Shown piece by piece: positions 58,919-64,000 of a stretch of DNA of 64,000 nt. The stretch is from Nitrospirota bacterium (GTDB lineage Bacteria > Nitrospirota > UBA9217), in the NCBI GenBank assembly GCA_963845065.1, contig CAWJQQ010000009.1:1088001-1152000 (forward strand). Direction: 5' to 3'. Under the pieces are notes generated by a model that was not told the DNA's origin, made no database searches, and worked only from the letters and a program-made list of their open reading frames with translations. The first letter of the stretch is position 1, and every line of letters begins with the position of its first letter. The position numbers and the translations under genes are program-made.

Positions 58919-60522
58919 CGCAGGCGCATATTCAAAACATACAGATCAGGAACCGGGCCGAAGAGGAGATTGCAAAGTACTCCTCATCGGATCTTCTCTG
59001 GCTGAAACACATCTGCAACTTCACGCCGCGGCCGCAGCAGCTCATGTACATGGCACAGATGGACGAATACCCGTTCATCTCGATCGTGGCGATGCAGCGG
59101 ACAGGCAAGTCGCGGGGCGTGGACGCGAAATGCGTGAAGTGGGCGGCCACGATACCGAAGGAAGATCTCCGCTTCTTCGCGCCGGCAGTCTACCAGGCAC
59201 GGAAAAATCTGAAAGATGGCATAGACATCATCCTGGGCTCGCCGATCCTCCTGGCGTATATCGAAACCCGGCTTGGGCGGCGCCAGATCTCCTCGACGCA
59301 ATTCGGATTCATGAACGGATCGAATGGCGAGGCCTTCGGACAGGAATCGAACCTGGACGGCGTGAATGCCACGATCCTGCACAACGACGAGTTCGACGAT
59401 ATGGACATGGAGGTCTTCAAGAACCGCATCCTGCCGCGCGGGTCCGGGAAAAACGAGAATGGCATGCCCACGCGGGTTATCCTGACTGGAACTATCCAGG
59501 AAGAGCAGGGGAATTTATATTCGGTCTCACAGGATCCTACCTTCTTCAAGCCCCCTATGATCAATATCTATCACGCCCTCGAGGCGGGGTTGATCGACAA
59601 GGCTTTCTTCAAACTCTTGAAGGAGCAGCTGACGCCGGACGAGTGGCTCCGGATCGCGCTCTGCATGTACAAGGGCGGCCGCCAGTTCTTCCCCCAGAAG
59701 GCGCTACGGAAAATGCAGACGCGCGGCGCAGAGATGCTGATGAAAGTCGTGCGTCCGGAATTTGGCAAGGAATATCAGTCCGAGGGGGAAGTGTCTTTCG
59801 GTCTCGACATGGGCGCTCAGGGACAGCAGGCGACATCCTCCAAATATTCACTCAGCGTAACCGAGCGCGTTGGGCTCTGGAAGCGCTGGATCTATGGCAA
59901 GGAATGGGCGCCTACCACGGACCCGAAAATAATCAAGCGGGACGTGATCGAGCTCTGGAGTTTCTTCCGGCCGAAGGGTGGATTCGGGGATGCCTTCGAT
60001 TCGAATCTTATCGCGGACATCAACGATCAGCTCTATGCGGAAGGCCTCGTGTCCTACAGCAGGCAGCGTGAAGGCACGGAAGAGAACGCCCAAGCGAACT
60101 GGGATAAATGGCCGTTCCAGCCGATAAGGTTTACCGGGTACCAGAAGCATTGGATGTTGAAGACGCTGCGCGACGATATTTTTGAAGGCCGGTATTTCAC
60201 ACCGCTCCCGGAGATCGAATCGGATGATCGCTGGGACCCTGCAAAGGCAAAAGGATTCGTGGACCCGGCGGAGGGTGAAAAGGCGCTCATTAAATTTATC
60301 GTGCAGTGCAAGAACATGAGGGCCGAACGTGCCCCGTCCGGACAGTATTACATCTACAGCATGATTAAGTCACGGCTCGGAGATGATAACGTGGACAGTG
60401 CGGCAATGGCAAATGCTTTCCTGGAGACCGGGAAAGGAACGACGTCCGGACCGATCGAGCATGTAAGCAGCGGGGTCTCTACCAGCGTGAGTTCCGGAAC
60501 GCAAGGAGTTTTTAATACCTGA
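58915..60522 (+). CDS. Terminase large subunit
   Basis: PRPQQ, Walker A QRTGKS, Walker B LHNDEF, GLDMG and DDNVDSAAMA nuclease motifs. Confidence 0.85.
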   Translation: MTQAHIQNIQIRNRAEEEIAKYSSSDLLWLKHICNFTPRPQQLMYMAQMDEYPFISIVAMQRTGKSRGVDAKCVKWAATIPKEDLRFFAPAVYQARKNLKDGIDIILGSPILLAYIETRLGRRQISSTQFGFMNGSNGEAFGQESNLDGVNATILHNDEFDDMDMEVFKNRILPRGSGKNENGMPTRVILTGTIQEEQGNLYSVSQDPTFFKPPMINIYHALEAGLIDKAFFKLLKEQLTPDEWLRIALCMYKGGRQFFPQKALRKMQTRGAEMLMKVVRPEFGKEYQSEGEVSFGLDMGAQGQQATSSKYSLSVTERVGLWKRWIYGKEWAPTTDPKIIKRDVIELWSFFRPKGGFGDAFDSNLIADINDQLYAEGLVSYSRQREGTEENAQANWDKWPFQPIRFTGYQKHWMLKTLRDDIFEGRYFTPLPEIESDDRWDPAKAKGFVDPAEGEKALIKFIVQCKNMRAERAPSGQYYIYSMIKSRLGDDNVDSAAMANAFLETGKGTTSGPIEHVSSGVSTSVSSGTQGVFNT

Positions 60523-62912
60523 TGGCAAAAGATAAAATAACGGCCCCCCCGAATCTGCGAGACAAATATCCATCAATCAACACCGTGCCTGAGCCGGCGG
60601 TGATGAAGCCGAAGGCGAAGCGCTATATTCCCGTCCCCGGCGCCGAGGCCGCCGGGGCATTCAATCCGGACAATCCTTATGCGTACTGGTCCGGAGACAA
60701 TCCCTTCCTCCGTGCATACAATCCCGATGACCTGGTAAAGTCCAAGGGCATCCTGATTTACAAGCATATGACGCGCGAGCCATTCATCAAGGCCGCGCTT
60801 ATGCAGAAGAAGACCGCGCTTCTTTCCGTTCCCTGGGACGTAAAGCCGGCATCACAGGATCCTGAGCATTTGAAGCATGCCCGGTTCATCAAGTATGTAT
60901 TAAAAAACATAGCAGGCGGATTCCAGCGGGACCTTTTCGAGATGTGCGATGCACTTGATTGCGGATATGCGATCATGGAGAAAATCCCCGCGATCGTCGC
61001 AAGCGGCGAGTGGGCCGGGAAAGTAGTCTATAGCGCGCTGAAGAGCAAGGACCCCGAATACTTTGCTTTCAACTTCGATCAGTATATGAATCTTCGGCCG
61101 GATATCGGCGTTGTGATGCTCCTGGCCGCGGATGGGCGCGTATATGTAGGGCTTCCTCCGGAAAAGTTTTTCGTCTTCTCCTACCTCAAGCGTTATGAGA
61201 ACTGGTACGGCACAAGCGATCTCCGCGCGACATACCGGGCCTTCTGGATCAAGGACACAGCCTGGAAACTCCGGTCTGTATACATGGAACGCTTCTCCGG
61301 AAAAAATCTTAAAGGCAAATACCCGCGCAACAAAGAAGCAAACCAGAATAAGGAAGCGCTCCTTGCCATCTTCCGCGCGTGGCAGAACGAAACCGGGATC
61401 GCGATCCCGAATGATCTCGAGGTAGAGGCGATGGAGGTGGCCGTCTCGAGCGAGAGCGAATATTCCCGCTCAATCTCTGACTGTAATAAGGAGATCTCGA
61501 TCGGGATCCTGGGAGAAGCCTTGACCGTGGATGAAGGCAAGAAGACAGGCTCCCGGAATATGGGCGAGATCCACAAGGAGGTTGCGGACCTTCAGGTACT
61601 CTTCCTCGATGCCGTGCTCACGTCGGACATCAATGAGCAGCTCGTCCGGCAGATCATCGATATCAATTTTGCCGCAGTGGATGCATACCCGGAATTTTTC
61701 TTCTTCCCGCGCGAGGACTATGATCCCGTCGCATTCGGACAGTTCCTCACCTCGATGCAGGAGATCGGCATGCCCTTATCGAAAAACTGGATCCAGCTCC
61801 GGACCCGGATGCCTGAACCTGCAGGACCAGGCGATACACTCATTCCGATCGCTGCCGCATCGGCAACCGCGCCAAAGCCGGCCAATGCATCATCTCTCGA
61901 GAATCAGACCTCATTCTCAGAGAAAAAAGTTGCTGGCGGTTCACCGGGGCCCTATTATCGGCCGCTCGATAAGCATGAGCAGTTCGCCGAGGTCCAGAAT
62001 ATTGATAAGCAGACTATGGCGCTGGTGGCCGGCGCAAAGGCCCAGGCATCTCCGGCCTATTTAAAGATCAAGGCAGCAATCCTTGATCAGGTCCAGAAAA
62101 AACAAGTGCTCGAGAACAAAGACTTCGAGGCAGCCGCGAAGATTTCCGTGAACACAAAGCCCCTGCAGGAGGTCTTTCAGCAAACTCTTCTTACTGCAGA
62201 TCTGATGGGCCGCGCTTCCGCGGTGAAGAACATAAAGAACCAGGGATTCAGCATCAAGGGGCTCGTAAAGAAGTTTGCCGAATCGGACAACTGGGAAAAC
62301 ATCGATGCGCCGGTCGGACCCGAGGAAGCTGTTAAATACTTCTCCGGCAAAATTCCGATGACGAAGGAAGAGTATCAAGCGCTCATCGATGCGAAGTATC
62401 AGCAGGCCTTCTACGTGGCTGGTCTCGAGAAGACCCAGATCACCAAGGATGTGCAAAATCTTCTTACCCAGGCATTGAAGAACGGTTGGGACTATAAAAA
62501 ATTTAAATTCGAGCTTGACCGCACATTCGACGAATATGCGAAGTCGAACTGGGAGCAGCAGGGTACTACGAGCGAGAAGATCACCGATGCCCATGCCGAG
62601 ACTGTTTTTCGGACAAACATCATGGACGCTTACAATCAGGGCCGGAAAGAAGTTCTATCAGATCCTGACGTCATGGAGGATTTTCCGGCCTGGATGCTTT
62701 CCTGCATACTAGACGGCAGAACGAGGCCCTGGCATGCGGATATGGATGGCGCAACGTTTCTTGCCAACGATCCCATCTGGGACAGAATCACTCCTCCGAA
62801 CGGATACAACTGCCGTGAGGTGATTGTCCCGATCAATAAATACGATTTCACCACAGACATGCTCTGGGATGAGAGCGATATCCCGAGCGATTATCCCGAC
62901 CCCGGGTTTTAA
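60522..62912 (+). CDS. Mu gp29/DUF935-like portal protein fused to Mu gpF-like head morphogenesis domain
   Basis: Portal part (GYAIME, YGTSDLR, ISIGILGEALT, GEIH, NEQLVRQIIDINF). C-terminal FRTNIMDAYNQG, DGRTRPWH and PPNGYNCR. Confidence 0.85.
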   Translation: MAKDKITAPPNLRDKYPSINTVPEPAVMKPKAKRYIPVPGAEAAGAFNPDNPYAYWSGDNPFLRAYNPDDLVKSKGILIYKHMTREPFIKAALMQKKTALLSVPWDVKPASQDPEHLKHARFIKYVLKNIAGGFQRDLFEMCDALDCGYAIMEKIPAIVASGEWAGKVVYSALKSKDPEYFAFNFDQYMNLRPDIGVVMLLAADGRVYVGLPPEKFFVFSYLKRYENWYGTSDLRATYRAFWIKDTAWKLRSVYMERFSGKNLKGKYPRNKEANQNKEALLAIFRAWQNETGIAIPNDLEVEAMEVAVSSESEYSRSISDCNKEISIGILGEALTVDEGKKTGSRNMGEIHKEVADLQVLFLDAVLTSDINEQLVRQIIDINFAAVDAYPEFFFFPREDYDPVAFGQFLTSMQEIGMPLSKNWIQLRTRMPEPAGPGDTLIPIAAASATAPKPANASSLENQTSFSEKKVAGGSPGPYYRPLDKHEQFAEVQNIDKQTMALVAGAKAQASPAYLKIKAAILDQVQKKQVLENKDFEAAAKISVNTKPLQEVFQQTLLTADLMGRASAVKNIKNQGFSIKGLVKKFAESDNWENIDAPVGPEEAVKYFSGKIPMTKEEYQALIDAKYQQAFYVAGLEKTQITKDVQNLLTQALKNGWDYKKFKFELDRTFDEYAKSNWEQQGTTSEKITDAHAETVFRTNIMDAYNQGRKEVLSDPDVMEDFPAWMLSCILDGRTRPWHADMDGATFLANDPIWDRITPPNGYNCREVIVPINKYDFTTDMLWDESDIPSDYPDPGF

Positions 62913-62927
62913 AGGAGAGGCAAGATC

Positions 62928-64000
62928 ATGGCAATCATTGTAAATAAAAAAGGCAAGTCCCACGCGATGGCGCTGGTCAACTCCGGGAAGGTGGATAAAG
63001 GAGACTCCTGGTCATTCTCGGGGGAGGACGGCAACAAGCTCCTGGGAGATAAGGGCGATGACTGGGGAGAATACTCAAAGTGGTTTTTCGCCGAGGATAC
63101 GTCCGCGGCCGAGAACACGAAAGACCGCTATAAATATCCCTTTGGTAAGGACGGCAAGGTGTTTCGCAGAGGAGTGATTGCAGCAAAGTCCCGGGCGGCG
63201 CAGCAGGATGAGACGGAGATTGCGGATGCCGCCGATACCGTGCTCCAGAAGATCGATAAAAATGAAAAAACAAATTTGGCTGAGCTCAAGGATATCGAGA
63301 TCTTTCAGGGAGGCACCTATCGGGGAAGGACCTATGATGATGCGAAGCTCGATGAGATCGTGAAAAACACGAATGAGTTTATTTCCGAGATCAAGCCTGT
63401 GGCCGTGATCGGGCATGATGAGAACCAGGACCTTCTGAAGAAGTCCGGGCTTTTCTCCGCCGGCTGGATGACTCCAGTGAAGAAGGTTGGTTCAAAGATC
63501 TTGGCCAGCTTCAAGGATGTGCCGCAGGTTGTGGCTGATGTCATCAACAAGGGCGCATACAAGCGGATGAGCTCGGAAATCTATAACGACTATAACGGCA
63601 AAGGCCTTGCCATTCGCCGTGTAGCAATCCTCGGAGGAGATATCCCCGAGGTAAAAACCCTTCAGGACATCGCGGCGCTCTACGCCGAAAGTCCGGAGAA
63701 GGAAACCATATGGATCGGATTCAATGAATCTGACCAGTCGAGAAAGGAAAATACGATGAAAAAATGTACATCAGACTCATGCGGTAAAGACATGGCGGAC
63801 GATGCCAAATTCTGCCCGAGCTGCGGGAAGAAGGCCGCGTCCCAGGAAAACATGGCCGAAGAGCTTGTAACGTTACGCGCTGAGAACGCAAAACTTAAAG
63901 GCGAGAAAACGCAGGCCATCACGAAACTGTCCGAGGAGCAGAAAAAAATCAAAAAGAACGAGATCCACACATTCTGCGAAACCCAGCTGAAAGATGGCAA
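62928..64000 (+). CDS. Mu gpI-like prohead protease/scaffold (partial, open to the window end)
   Basis: Manual translation from ATG 62928 gives IEIFQGG, VIGH, AGW, YKRMSSEI and VAILGGDIPEVKTL, followed by a coiled coil. Confidence 0.8.
   Translation, partial: MAIIVNKKGKSHAMALVNSGKVDKGDSWSFSGEDGNKLLGDKGDDWGEYSKWFFAEDTSAAENTKDRYKYPFGKDGKVFRRGVIAAKSRAAQQDETEIADAADTVLQKIDKNEKTNLAELKDIEIFQGGTYRGRTYDDAKLDEIVKNTNEFISEIKPVAVIGHDENQDLLKKSGLFSAGWMTPVKKVGSKILASFKDVPQVVADVINKGAYKRMSSEIYNDYNGKGLAIRRVAILGGDIPEVKTLQDIAALYAESPEKETIWIGFNESDQSRKENTMKKCTSDSCGKDMADDAKFCPSCGKKAASQENMAEELVTLRAENAKLKGEKTQAITKLSEEQKKIKKNEIHTFCETQLKDG

Larger units (their letters stand above)
37616..64000. mobile_element. Prophage (left part; continues beyond the window)
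   Basis: tRNA-adjacent integrase, XRE repressor, CII-like gene, ssb, HNH, primase-helicase, Mor, terminase, portal and head protease in phage order. Confidence 0.95.

Noticed and set aside
58911..60071. 386-aa alternative-frame ORF
   Set aside because: It overlaps the terminase in another frame and has no motifs, as expected in GC-rich coding DNA.
51401..64000. DGR template repeat elsewhere in the window
   Set aside because: No second copy of the variable-region sequence was seen by eye. It may lie outside the window.

Overview
Bacterial chromosome segment. The cinA-thpR-recA-pilT-alaS order and gene content suggest a Nitrospirota/Deltaproteobacteria-like host (inference). 1-20 kb is a mosaic of stress and transport genes (HPF-CSD, htpG, old yellow enzyme, RND pump plus MFP, site-2 protease, a GroES with a histone-like tail) mixed with IS200/IS605 material: one intact tnpA+tnpB element, one decayed tnpB-only element, a tnpB fragment and a 47-bp end-only relic. 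It also holds an IS1380-like MITE. 20-37 kb is core-like: pgpA, a GHKL-ATPase/STAS-wHTH gene pair with a 22-bp palindrome, cinA, thpR, recA, pilT, alaS, phasin, ubiB-like kinase, mltG, a dead IS630, peptide ABC permeases and five tRNAs. From about 37.6 kb to the end is a prophage inserted at tRNA-Arg(CCG). It carries an integrase whose first catalytic Arg is Pro, a repressor switch with four operator-like sites, a serine recombinase, an HhH-glycosylase/ASCH/UDG-like gene trio, a collapsed diversity-generating retroelement, a primase-helicase with an iteron origin, a second tyrosine recombinase, a Mor-like activator and a Mu-type head module. All calls were made by eye, with no database searches.
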